A stretch of DNA of 32,000 nucleotides, taken from positions 1 to 32,000 of the forward strand of contig JBCBUL010000007.1 in assembly GCA_039818165.1 (NCBI GenBank). The letters are read 5' to 3'. The position numbers were made by a program, and so were the translations under genes. The notes below the pieces were generated by a model. It was given only the letters and a program-made list of their open reading frames with translations. It was not told the DNA's origin and searched no databases. The first letter of the stretch is position 1. Every line of letters begins with the position of its first letter. Below are positions 24,750 to 32,000 of the stretch, one piece after another. This DNA comes from Pseudomonadota bacterium (lineage in GTDB: Bacteria > Pseudomonadota > Alphaproteobacteria > Caulobacterales > Hyphomonadaceae).

Positions 24750-26394
24750 AGACAGCCTCCTTGAATGCATCTATGCCGACGCGTTCGAAAACATCGATAA
24801 AAGGCTCATTTGGCCCGGATCTGAGATCTTTGTATCGCTCCACCACACGCCTCAACGCCGGTGGGACGTCCTCAGCGCGCAGGCCCGGGCCTACAATCTC
24901 GCCGATGGCCGCCTTCTCATCTGCACGTCCGCCAAAGGTGATCTGGTAGAATTCCTCACCTTTCTTATCGACGCCGAGAATGCCGATATGGCCGACATGG
25001 TGGTGGCCGCAGGCATTGATACATCCGGATATGTTGATGTGCAGCTTGCCGATGTCGGCCTGGTCCTCATAGCTTGAGAATTCGCGGGCAATCTCCTGAC
25101 TGATGGGGATCGAGCGGGCATTGGCCAGGTTGCAGTAATCGAGGCCCGGGCACACGATCATATCGCTGATCAGGCTCTCATTCGGCGCTGCGAGACCGGC
25201 CGCATCCATGGCGCGGTAGACGTCATAGACATCGTCTAGTGCAACATGGGGCAGGACAACATTCTGGGCATGGGTGACGCGGATGTCTGAGTGGCCAAAT
25301 TTCTCAGCAAGGTCCGCAACAGCCTCCATTTGGACATCAGTTGCATCGCCCGCAATCCCGCCCACAGGTTTATGGCTGGCGGTAACAGACGTGTATCCGG
25401 AAACTTTATGTGGGTGCAGGTTCGCTGTTGCCCATAGGGCAAACGCCGGGTCGGCGGCCTTCGCGCGTTCGAACGCATCGCTGGTGGCTTGCTTCTCTGC
25501 GAGCTCAGGCGGCGTGAAATAGGCTTGGATCCGATCGATCTCGCTCTGTGGAAGCTCGATCTTCTCCGCATCGCGCTGGGCGGCGAAATCTTCTTCCACC
25601 AGGCGTTTGAACTCTTCCTCGCCGGTCTCGGTGACAAGGATCTTGATCCGCGCCTTGTACTTGTTGTCCCGGCGACCAAACCGGTTGTAGACACGCATGA
25701 TCGCTTCGAGATAGTCGAGCAGGTCCGCCTCCGGAACGAACTCATTCACCAGTACCGCGATGTGGGGTGTGCGACCCTGGCCGCCGCCCACGTGCACCTC
25801 AAAGCCGACTACGCCGTCCCGCTCACGCATATGCAGCCCGATATCGTGGACACGGATGGCTGCCCGGTCGTGTTCAGCCGCCGTCACGGCGATTTTGAAT
25901 TTGCGCGGCAGGAAGGCAAATTCCGGGTGGAACGTGCTCCACTGGCGAATAATCTCGCACCAAGGGCGCGGATCCATCACTTCGTCTGCAGCCGCGCCTG
26001 CGAAATGGTCGCTGGTCACATTGCGAATGCAATTGCCCGACGTCTGGATGGCGTGCATTTCCACATCTGCCAACTCGTCCAGCACATCGGGAATGTCTTT
26101 CAGGGCAACCCAGTTGAACTGGATGTTCTGGCGCGTCGTCCAGTGGCCATAGCCACGGTCATAGGTCCGCGCGATATGGGCGAATTTCCGCAGCTGGGTC
26201 GGGTTCAGCTGGCCATAGGGAATTGCCACACGCAGCATGTAGGCGTGCAGCTGGAGGTAGACCCCGTTCTGAAGGCGCAGGGGCTTGAACTCATCTTCCA
26301 GCAGCTCTCCGGAAAGGCGCCGCTCCACCTGGCCGCGGAACTGGTTCACCCGGTCGCGCACGATCTGAGCGTCGAATTCATCGTATCTGTACAT
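24736..26394 (-). CDS. cysI: Sulfite reductase hemoprotein (sirohaem/[4Fe-4S], NirA/CysI family)
   Basis: FKPLRLQNGVYLQ..., TTRQNIQFNWV, VCPGLDYCNLA and SGCINACGHHHVGHIGILG are nitrite/sulfite reductase signatures. Operon context with cysG and cysH. Confidence 0.93.
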   Translation of the reverse strand: MYRYDEFDAQIVRDRVNQFRGQVERRLSGELLEDEFKPLRLQNGVYLQLHAYMLRVAIPYGQLNPTQLRKFAHIARTYDRGYGHWTTRQNIQFNWVALKDIPDVLDELADVEMHAIQTSGNCIRNVTSDHFAGAAADEVMDPRPWCEIIRQWSTFHPEFAFLPRKFKIAVTAAEHDRAAIRVHDIGLHMRERDGVVGFEVHVGGGQGRTPHIAVLVNEFVPEADLLDYLEAIMRVYNRFGRRDNKYKARIKILVTETGEEEFKRLVEEDFAAQRDAEKIELPQSEIDRIQAYFTPPELAEKQATSDAFERAKAADPAFALWATANLHPHKVSGYTSVTASHKPVGGIAGDATDVQMEAVADLAEKFGHSDIRVTHAQNVVLPHVALDDVYDVYRAMDAAGLAAPNESLISDMIVCPGLDYCNLANARSIPISQEIAREFSSYEDQADIGKLHINISGCINACGHHHVGHIGILGVDKKGEEFYQITFGGRADEKAAIGEIVGPGLRAEDVPPALRRVVERYKDLRSGPNEPFIDVFERVGIDAFKEAVYAVD

Positions 26395-26450
26395 TTATTC
26401 TGATCCCCGCTTCGCTTCGCTTCGCGATTGATCGCGCTCAGGGCTGCTCA

Positions 26451-27074
26451 TCACCAATCCCCTGCATGGTCGAGGCCGAGGGCGGTTTCGGTGCGACGGA
26501 CCCATCGGCCCACAGCGGGAAACTCCGAGAGGTCGAAGCCACCAAGATGAGCGCGGCGCGTATAGGCGACCAGCGCCACATCAGCGAGCGTCATGGCCTC
26601 ACCCACCAGCCAGTCGGTGTATGTCAGCTGCATCTCCATGACGCCAAGCGCGCGGCGGCCCTTGGCGAGCAGATCCGGGTCCAGCTCATCTTCGGGAATG
26701 CCGCGATAATGCAGCCGGGAGATGCGAACGGCGATGTAGGGCTCATGGGAATATTGTTCCCAGAAGAGCCAACTCGTCATTTGGGCGCGCTCGAAATCGT
26801 CGGTCGGGATCAGGTCGCTTCCCGCCTGTTCCGCAAGATACAGCATAATCGCATTGGATTCCGGCAGGCGCCGCCCATCGGGCCACACCGCGAGCGGGAC
26901 AAGGCCTACCGGATTCAGGGCGAGGAAATCGTCGGTTTGGGTTTCACCCTTGAAGATATCGACCTCAACCCAGTCGTAATCGAGACCAAGTGCATCGGCG
27001 GTCCAGCGCGGCTTCATGCAGTTGCCGCTCTGGGAATTGCCATAGAGGGTGAGTTTTGTGGGCAGGTCGGCCAT
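26451..27074 (-). CDS. Glutathione S-transferase family protein embedded in the cys operon
   Basis: LTLYGNSQSGNCMKPRWTADALGLDYDWVEVDIFKGETQTDDFLALNPVGLVPL is the N-terminal GST domain. WLVGEAMTLADVALVAY is the C-terminal domain. The start shares one base with the DUF2849 stop (TGATG at 27072-27076). Confidence 0.85.
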   Translation of the reverse strand: MADLPTKLTLYGNSQSGNCMKPRWTADALGLDYDWVEVDIFKGETQTDDFLALNPVGLVPLAVWPDGRRLPESNAIMLYLAEQAGSDLIPTDDFERAQMTSWLFWEQYSHEPYIAVRISRLHYRGIPEDELDPDLLAKGRRALGVMEMQLTYTDWLVGEAMTLADVALVAYTRRAHLGGFDLSEFPAVGRWVRRTETALGLDHAGDW

Positions 27075-27391
27075 CAGGCGCCTCCTGATTTGGCAAAGTG
27101 CGGATGAACGGTGGGCCCTTCGGCGCGAATGCGCTCGCGCAGGGTTTCGCGCCCTGCAATGGAGCCTTCAGCCGTGACTTCCATGAAATACGGGTCGGTC
27201 ACGCGCCCCTCCTGCGCCTCGGCAGCCGACAATGCGGCCTCGGCTGCGTCATCCGTGAACACGCCGATCGCTTTCGGGTCAGGTGACCAATCGCCGGCCT
27301 CGGTCATGTAAATGACCTCGCCTGTCGCCGTGTCCCAGGCAGTGACAGTCTTCGGGGTCTCAGGTTTCAGTTTTGGGCGAACCGATGTCAT
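27074..27391 (-). CDS. DUF2849-family protein (usual companion of cysG/cysI in Alphaproteobacteria)
   Basis: VTAWDTATGEVIYMTEAGDWSPDP...DPYFMEV fits DUF2849 as I remember it. ATGA overlap with the cysG stop (27388-27391). Confidence 0.8.
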   Translation of the reverse strand: MTSVRPKLKPETPKTVTAWDTATGEVIYMTEAGDWSPDPKAIGVFTDDAAEAALSAAEAQEGRVTDPYFMEVTAEGSIAGRETLRERIRAEGPTVHPHFAKSGGA

Positions 27392-28779
27392 GCGACGGCC
27401 TCCAGGGCGGCTTGGGTGCGCGCTTCAATCGGCAAGCCGGAAACCTCTCCGATAACAAGCAGTGCGGGGCCTTTGATTCCGGCGCCCGTTATCAATTGCG
27501 GCAACTCTGCCAGGGTGCCGAAGACGCGAATTTCGTTTGGGCGGGTGCCATTCTCGATCACAGCCACAGGCGTCATCGGCGCGCGCCCGGCTTGTATGAG
27601 TTTTTCTGACAGGCTTGGCGCTGTACCGACGCCCATGAAAACCACAACGGTCTGGGCCGGGCGGGCAAGCGCCTCCCAGTCCAGATCCGGCACGCCGCCG
27701 GTCTGGGCGTGGCCCGTGACGAAGGTTAGTGTTTGAGCGTGGTCCCGGTGGGTCAGGGGGAGGCCTGTGGACGCCGCACAGCCAAGCGCCGACGATATTC
27801 CCGGGACCACGTGGGCCTCAACGCCCGCGGCCTGGAGCGCTTCGAGCTCTTCTCCGCCCCGGCCGAAAACGAAGGGGTCGCCACCTTTCAAGCGCACGAT
27901 ACGTTTGCCTTCGCGCGCTGCCGCAATCATCAATTCGTGGATTTCGCCCTGGGGAACCGAATGGTCCCCCTTGGACTTGCCGACGCTCACACGATCTGCG
28001 TCGCGACGCACCAGATCCATGATGTCTCCGCTGACAAGACGGTCGTAAAATACGATGTCGGCCTGCTGAATCAGGCGGAAGGCCTTAATTGTGAGGAGCT
28101 CCGGATCACCCGGGCCGGCACCCACAATGTGCACCACACCTTCGGCTGGGCCAAACTGCGCCAAAAGCCGCCGCATCTCGTCCTCGGCGCCGGCAATATC
28201 TCCGGCGAAGGCACGCTCTGCAGCCAGCCCGTTCAGTGCCGTTTCCCAATATTTGCGACGATCAGCGCCGTCATGCAGGTGCGCCGAAACATCGAGGCGC
28301 AGGCGTTTAGCCAGAGCTGCAAGATCTCCAATTCCTTGGGGCATCAGAGCTTCCAGGCGCGTGCGCACGGACTTGGCAAGCACCGGCGCAGCCCCGCCAG
28401 TCGCCACCGCCGCAACAATATCACCGCGGTCCAGAATGGAGGGCACTGTGAAGTCGCAGTGCTCCGGTCTGTCCACGGCGTTCACTGGCACGCCAATGGA
28501 TTTTGCCAGGAAAATGGCCGCGTGGGCAGCCGCATCATCTTCCAAAGCAACAATGGTGAACGCTGCGCCTTTCAGGGCCGCCGGCGCCGAAATCGGCGCG
28601 ATCTGGATGATGCGTTCACCAAACTCTTGCGTCAGTTCAACTCCGATTTCCTCGGCAACAACGCGGATCTCTGCTGGCGTTTTCGCGAGAAGGCGGACTT
28701 TCCGGAGGGCCTCTTCACCACTGCCAAACACCACCACATGGGCGGCCTCCATTCCGAAGAAGGCGGGGAAGACTTTCAT
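27388..28779 (-). CDS. cysG: Sirohaem synthase (precorrin-2 dehydrogenase/ferrochelatase + uroporphyrinogen-III C-methyltransferase)
   Basis: N-terminal Rossmann VVVFGSGEEALRKVRLL. C-terminal SUMT motifs VHIVGAGPGDPELLT, VVYDRL-like FYDRLVS and RLKGGDPFVFGRGGEE. Confidence 0.93.
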   Translation of the reverse strand: MKVFPAFFGMEAAHVVVFGSGEEALRKVRLLAKTPAEIRVVAEEIGVELTQEFGERIIQIAPISAPAALKGAAFTIVALEDDAAAHAAIFLAKSIGVPVNAVDRPEHCDFTVPSILDRGDIVAAVATGGAAPVLAKSVRTRLEALMPQGIGDLAALAKRLRLDVSAHLHDGADRRKYWETALNGLAAERAFAGDIAGAEDEMRRLLAQFGPAEGVVHIVGAGPGDPELLTIKAFRLIQQADIVFYDRLVSGDIMDLVRRDADRVSVGKSKGDHSVPQGEIHELMIAAAREGKRIVRLKGGDPFVFGRGGEELEALQAAGVEAHVVPGISSALGCAASTGLPLTHRDHAQTLTFVTGHAQTGGVPDLDWEALARPAQTVVVFMGVGTAPSLSEKLIQAGRAPMTPVAVIENGTRPNEIRVFGTLAELPQLITGAGIKGPALLVIGEVSGLPIEARTQAALEAVA

Positions 28780-28881
28780 TCGCGAGGACTCCGGCGTTTG
28801 GTTCCGGGATCTTATTTGGTGCTTGACGGCGCCGCAGCAACCGGCGACCCCTACAGCGAAGAATCAGAAAAACTATTCGAG

Positions 28882-29814
28882 ATGTCAGACTCCAACGATC
28901 GCTTTCCGCCCCTGAACGCCTTGCGTGCTTTTGAAGTCGCTGCCAGGCGTTTGTCCTTCACAAAAGCGGCCGAGGAACTGAACGTGACGCCCGGTGCGAT
29001 ATCCCAGCAGATCCGGCAACTCGAAGACTATGCTGGCACGCCGCTTTTCAAGCGAACCGGCCGATCGGTCCTCCTGACCGACGCCGCCCAGGCATGTTTG
29101 CCCCTTGTGGCCGAAGCCTTTGAACAGATTGGTGAAGCTGGGCGGATCATGCGCGCCCCGGCCCGGCGCGGGCGCGTCATGGTGTCGTGCGCTCCATCCT
29201 TTGCGGCCAAATGGTTGGCGCCGAAGCTGGAGCGATTTCACCAGGCGCATCCCGGAATCGAGGCCTGGGTGTCGGCTGACATGCAACTCACCGACTTCAA
29301 TACGGCCGACGCGGATATCGCTATCCGTTACGGTACGGGCAATTATGACGGGCTGAAATCAGAAAAACTGCTCGACGAGAGCGTTCTGCCGGTGTGTTCC
29401 CCCCAATTGCTGGAAGGTGCGGACGCGATCCGAAAACCCCAGGATCTTGCGGCCCATACACTCATCCACGATGAAAGCCCGGAAAACGATCCATCCTGTC
29501 CCGATTGGGCCAATTGGCTCGCCGCGCGCGGCGTGACGGGCGTCGACGCAACTCGCGGGCCCCGATTCAATCAGGCTGTGCTGGTCATTGAAGCGGCGAC
29601 GAATGGACGGGGCGTGGCGCTTGCCAAGCGAGCGATCGCCCAGGCCGAACTGGACGCGGGCCGCCTTGTTGCCCCCTTTGCCGATGGCTCCACAGAGATC
29701 GACTTTTCCTACTGGGTGGTCTGGCCGAAAGGGCGCCACCTGTCGCCCGATGTGCGCGCCTTTATCTCTTGGGTAAAATCAGAAGCAGCGCGCGGTGAAA
29801 TCGTCGGCGTTTAA
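28882..29814 (+). CDS. LysR-family transcriptional regulator (GcvA-like subfamily)
   Basis: PPLNALRAFEVAARRLSFTKAAEELNVTPGAISQQIRQLEDYAGTPLFKR is the LysR HTH. Only the last 310 codons of the 693-codon track ORF are used; the rest is antisense to cysG. ATG at 28882. Confidence 0.9.
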   Translation: MSDSNDRFPPLNALRAFEVAARRLSFTKAAEELNVTPGAISQQIRQLEDYAGTPLFKRTGRSVLLTDAAQACLPLVAEAFEQIGEAGRIMRAPARRGRVMVSCAPSFAAKWLAPKLERFHQAHPGIEAWVSADMQLTDFNTADADIAIRYGTGNYDGLKSEKLLDESVLPVCSPQLLEGADAIRKPQDLAAHTLIHDESPENDPSCPDWANWLAARGVTGVDATRGPRFNQAVLVIEAATNGRGVALAKRAIAQAELDAGRLVAPFADGSTEIDFSYWVVWPKGRHLSPDVRAFISWVKSEAARGEIVGV

Positions 29815-29876
29815 CGCTTTATCTTTATCTGACCGCAGGCTGGCCCTGCACTGGCCACAATGTGAGGCGAAGCTCA

Positions 29877-29898
29877 CTCCATCGACAGACCGATGGAG
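29877..29898 (+). promoter_or_regulatory. Perfect 8-bp hairpin sequestering the SD of a small ORF
   Basis: CTCCATCG (29877-84), loop ACAGAC, CGATGGAG (29891-98). The GGAG of the 3' arm lies 6 nt before the ATG at 29905. Confidence 0.4.
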
Positions 29899-29904
29899 AC
29901 CCCG

Positions 29905-29988
29905 ATGCCTGCCCGCCGCAACGCGACTGTGATATCCGCCCTTTTGGCGCTGGCAGCATTCATCATCGCCGGTGCCTCGGCCGCCTGA
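29905..29988 (+). CDS. Candidate 27-aa single-TM peptide (below the ORF-track length cut-off)
   Basis: MPARRNATVISALLALAAFIIAGASAA has a basic N-terminus followed by an Ala/Leu-rich helix. GGAG sits at correct spacing. 19/26 codons end in G/C, in line with the local coding bias. Confidence 0.4.
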   Translation: MPARRNATVISALLALAAFIIAGASAA

Positions 29989-30117
29989 GCGACGCACTTG
30001 CCCGTGTGATAAAGTCGAGCTGATCCTATATCAGCAAAACTAAACCGCACCTTTGCACCCTTGCTAAGGCAGGGCTTGCAGGACATGTGGGGGCGGAAGA
30101 AACACGAGTTTTGCGCC

Positions 30118-30939
30118 ATGACCGACACAGCCGCCGCTGAGCAGAAGAAGCCGCGCCCGAATCCGAACGCCCCGACGAGCGAAGAAGTTCTGTCGGTACA
30201 TCACTACACGGACCGGCTATTCAAATTCCGCATTACGCGCCCGTCCACTTTTCGTTTCCGGTCGGGCGAATTCATTATGATCGGCCTGCCGAAGGAAGAC
30301 GGGAAACCGCTCTTGCGCGCCTACTCCATCGCGTCACCGGCCTGGGATGAGGAACTTGAGTTCTTTTCCATCAAGGTGCCCGACGGGCCGCTGACATCGC
30401 GCCTTCAGAAAATCCAGAAAGGCGACCATGTTTTACTCGGCAAGAAGCCTGTCGGCACGCTGGTTAATGACGCGCTGACCCCTGCCAAGCGGCTTTGGAT
30501 GTTCTCCACAGGCACAGGCTTCGCGCCCTTTGCGAGCCTGATCCGCGATCCAGAGACCTACGAGAAATTCGATCAGGTGATCGTAACGCACACCTGCCGC
30601 CTCCAAGAGGAACTGGAATACAGTTTCGAGACAGTTGCCGGCGCAAAAGCGGACCCACTCGTCGGCGAGGAAGCCACCGCCCAGCTGCACCACTTCACGA
30701 GCTGTACTCGAACGCCGGACTACCCCGTTCAGGGCAGGATCACGACGCTCATTGAGAATGGCGGACTATGCAGCTCGCTGGACTTTCCTCCGCTAGACCC
30801 GGCCAATGACCGCGCCATGATCTGCGGATCCATGGAAATGATTCAGGACACAAAAGCGCTTCTGGAAGCGCGAGGCTTTGTGGAAGGCTCCAATGCAAAG
30901 CCAGCGGACTTCGTTATCGAAAAGGCGTTTGCAGGCTAA
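30118..30939 (+). CDS. fpr: Ferredoxin-NADP+ reductase (bacterial Fpr type)
   Basis: HYTDRLFKFRITRPSTFRFRSGEFIMIGL...LLRAYSIASP...LEFFSIKVPDGPLTSRL, then MFSTGTGFAPFASL, then MICGSMEMI. ATG at 30118. Confidence 0.92.
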   Translation: MTDTAAAEQKKPRPNPNAPTSEEVLSVHHYTDRLFKFRITRPSTFRFRSGEFIMIGLPKEDGKPLLRAYSIASPAWDEELEFFSIKVPDGPLTSRLQKIQKGDHVLLGKKPVGTLVNDALTPAKRLWMFSTGTGFAPFASLIRDPETYEKFDQVIVTHTCRLQEELEYSFETVAGAKADPLVGEEATAQLHHFTSCTRTPDYPVQGRITTLIENGGLCSSLDFPPLDPANDRAMICGSMEMIQDTKALLEARGFVEGSNAKPADFVIEKAFAG

Positions 30940-31000
30940 AACTGCGCCGAGTGCGCACACCCTGATAGGCAAGGCAGGCCAGCGCCGCTATATCGCGAGA

Positions 31001-31345
31001 ATGACGAGTTACACCTCAGACCCGCGGCGCCACTCTGCTGCAACCGCTGAAACCATGGCGGATGTCCGCTATGAAATTGATCGGCTGGACCGCCTCCTGG
31101 TGGAAATCATCAAGGAGCGCCAGTCCTTTATGGACGCTGCGGCCCGCATCAAGGGGGCGAGGGATAAGGTGCATGACCGTCCGCGGATCGAGGATGTTGT
31201 CGCTAAGGTGAAAACCGCCGCCGAAGCTGCAGGGCTATCTCCCGCCATAGCCGAGCCCGTTTGGCGGACAATGATCGACCGGTGTATTGCCTATGAGTTT
31301 GAAGCGTTCGACGCGCTGAAGCCAGTCGAGCCTGCCAATTCGTGA
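31001..31345 (+). CDS. Chorismate mutase (AroQ class, monofunctional)
   Basis: MADVRYEIDRLDRLLVEIIKERQSFMDAAARIK...RPRIEDVVAKV...AEPVWRTMIDRCIAYE fits the CM_2 helical-bundle pattern. Confidence 0.85.
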   Translation: MTSYTSDPRRHSAATAETMADVRYEIDRLDRLLVEIIKERQSFMDAAARIKGARDKVHDRPRIEDVVAKVKTAAEAAGLSPAIAEPVWRTMIDRCIAYEFEAFDALKPVEPANS

Positions 31346-31689
31346 GCAGCAACCGCTGCAGCCTCAAGAGTCGTTCCAAGACAGGCGCGCACATCGTCCA
31401 GCGCGACAGCGGCTTCAGCTGGGCTGGCCGTTCCTGAGCGCCCCAGAGTTTCTGCGCGTGTGCAAACCTTTGCCAGTTTGATCGCCCCGATTCCGAGGGC
31501 AGCGCCTTTCAAGGAGTGGGCGGCATCGGCCCATGTTTCATGTGGCTCGCGCGCGCTCAGCAAACGTCCCCAGACATCTGCCTGTTGCCTGAATATCTCA
31601 ATGACTTCAACGGCAAGATCAGTGTCACCACCCGTCATTGCGCTTAAATGGGACCGGTCCAGAATCGGTAAATTGGCAGGCGCTTCCAT
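31291..31689 (-). CDS. Single-domain histidine phosphotransfer (Hpt) protein
   Basis: LDRSHLSAMTGGDTDLAVEVIEIFRQQ...AAHSLKGAALGIGAIKLAKVC shows the canonical Hpt H-x-x-K-G motif. 132 aa. Confidence 0.85.
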   Translation of the reverse strand: MEAPANLPILDRSHLSAMTGGDTDLAVEVIEIFRQQADVWGRLLSAREPHETWADAAHSLKGAALGIGAIKLAKVCTRAETLGRSGTASPAEAAVALDDVRACLGTTLEAAAVAAHELAGSTGFSASNASNS

Positions 31690-31856
31690 TGCACAGATCT
31701 CCCCATGGCCCGGAAAATGCAGGGCCTGACGCCATATTTCTTGTCGCGGCTATCCTAGCCGAGCGTTAAGATGGCGGCGAGGGAGCTGATAATTTAAGCG
31801 GATTTCGGACGATTCTGTCCTATGTTCGCAGGATAGAATAGTGGGAGCGCCAAGCC

Positions 31857-32000
31857 ATGCCTGACTCAGAACACGGCCCCGAACACGTCAAAAACCGGTA
31901 TGCAGATGCACCACGCGCCGATGACTGGACGATCGACCAGAACTGGGACAGCTACAGCGCGGAAGAGCACGACCGCTGGGACAGACTGTTTGCTCGCCAG
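31857..32000 (+). CDS. phhA: Phenylalanine-4-hydroxylase, 5' fragment (runs off the window)
   Basis: MPDSEHGPEHVKNRYADAPRADDWTIDQNWDSYSAEEHDRWDRLFARQ parallels the bacterial PAH N-terminus (...TLPQPLDRYSAEDHATWATLYQRQ in Chromobacterium, from memory). GGGAG lies upstream. Confidence 0.75.
   Translation, partial: MPDSEHGPEHVKNRYADAPRADDWTIDQNWDSYSAEEHDRWDRLFARQ

Noticed and set aside
25489-26403. 304-aa plus-strand ORF. Similar long antisense ORFs occur at 23578..24306, 26466..27107, 15949..16620, 13786..14475, 9684..10244, 3874..4710 and 5347..6000.
   Set aside because: Each lies opposite a gene with strong family motifs (cysI, cysH, GST, btuC, btuB, fliG, GST, lysK). None shows any recognisable domain, so all were treated as GC-driven shadow ORFs.
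26408-26426. (GCTTC)x3 microrepeat considered as a CRISPR-like or phase-variable tract
   Set aside because: There are only three 5-bp units, no spacers, and the tract lies in an intergenic operon spacer. It is noted only as context in the GST finding.
27733-28881. N-terminal 383 codons of the 693-aa plus-strand ORF
   Set aside because: This part is antisense to cysG and has no motifs. The real gene is the LysR regulator starting at ATG 28882, where the HTH motif begins right after that start.

Overview
GC-rich (about 60% by eye) chromosomal segment that looks alphaproteobacterial, of the Caulobacterales/Hyphomonadaceae type. Supporting signs are a class I LysRS, a SciP homologue, a CtrA-box-like site, an extended L21, and many overlapping stop/start codons. 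I can support about 40 genes, mostly housekeeping. In order: tRNA-Ser(CGA); rplU-rpmA-GNAT; an alanine/glycine:cation symporter; a GST; an Lrp/AsnC regulator; class I lysyl-tRNA synthetase; a small membrane protein + XRE regulator pair; bfd-bfr; a stripped-down flagellar operon (mini-FliF, FliG, a protein in the FlbE position, FliN) next to sciP; an LpxR-like outer-membrane protein; a cobalamin riboswitch driving btuB-btuF-btuC-btuD; purA; a secreted orphan protein; mtgA; queG. Next comes a long sulfate-assimilation operon (cysG, DUF2849, GST, cysI, DUF934, cysH, DUF2332-like), flanked by a LysR regulator and fpr. The window ends with chorismate mutase, a single-domain Hpt protein and the 5' end of phhA. 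I saw no rRNA, CRISPR array, transposase, integrase, prophage or recognisable defence genes. The most unusual content is the flagellar-derived cluster at 8.6-11.3 kb. Its MS-ring gene is less than half normal length, yet it keeps both TM helices, one ring-building motif and the FliG-binding tail. It is translationally coupled to intact fliG and fliN, with no export-apparatus genes nearby. Secondary points of interest: L21 fused to a K/A/P-rich linker plus an HhH-like domain; a terminator-like structure in the rplU leader; a probable leaderless, Fur-box-overlapped bfd; a cysJ-less sulfite reductase operon carrying extra genes (GST, DUF2332-like) beside LysR+fpr; an unannotated 27-codon membrane-peptide ORF whose SD is buried in a perfect hairpin. 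All family assignments come from motif recognition by eye; no searches were run.
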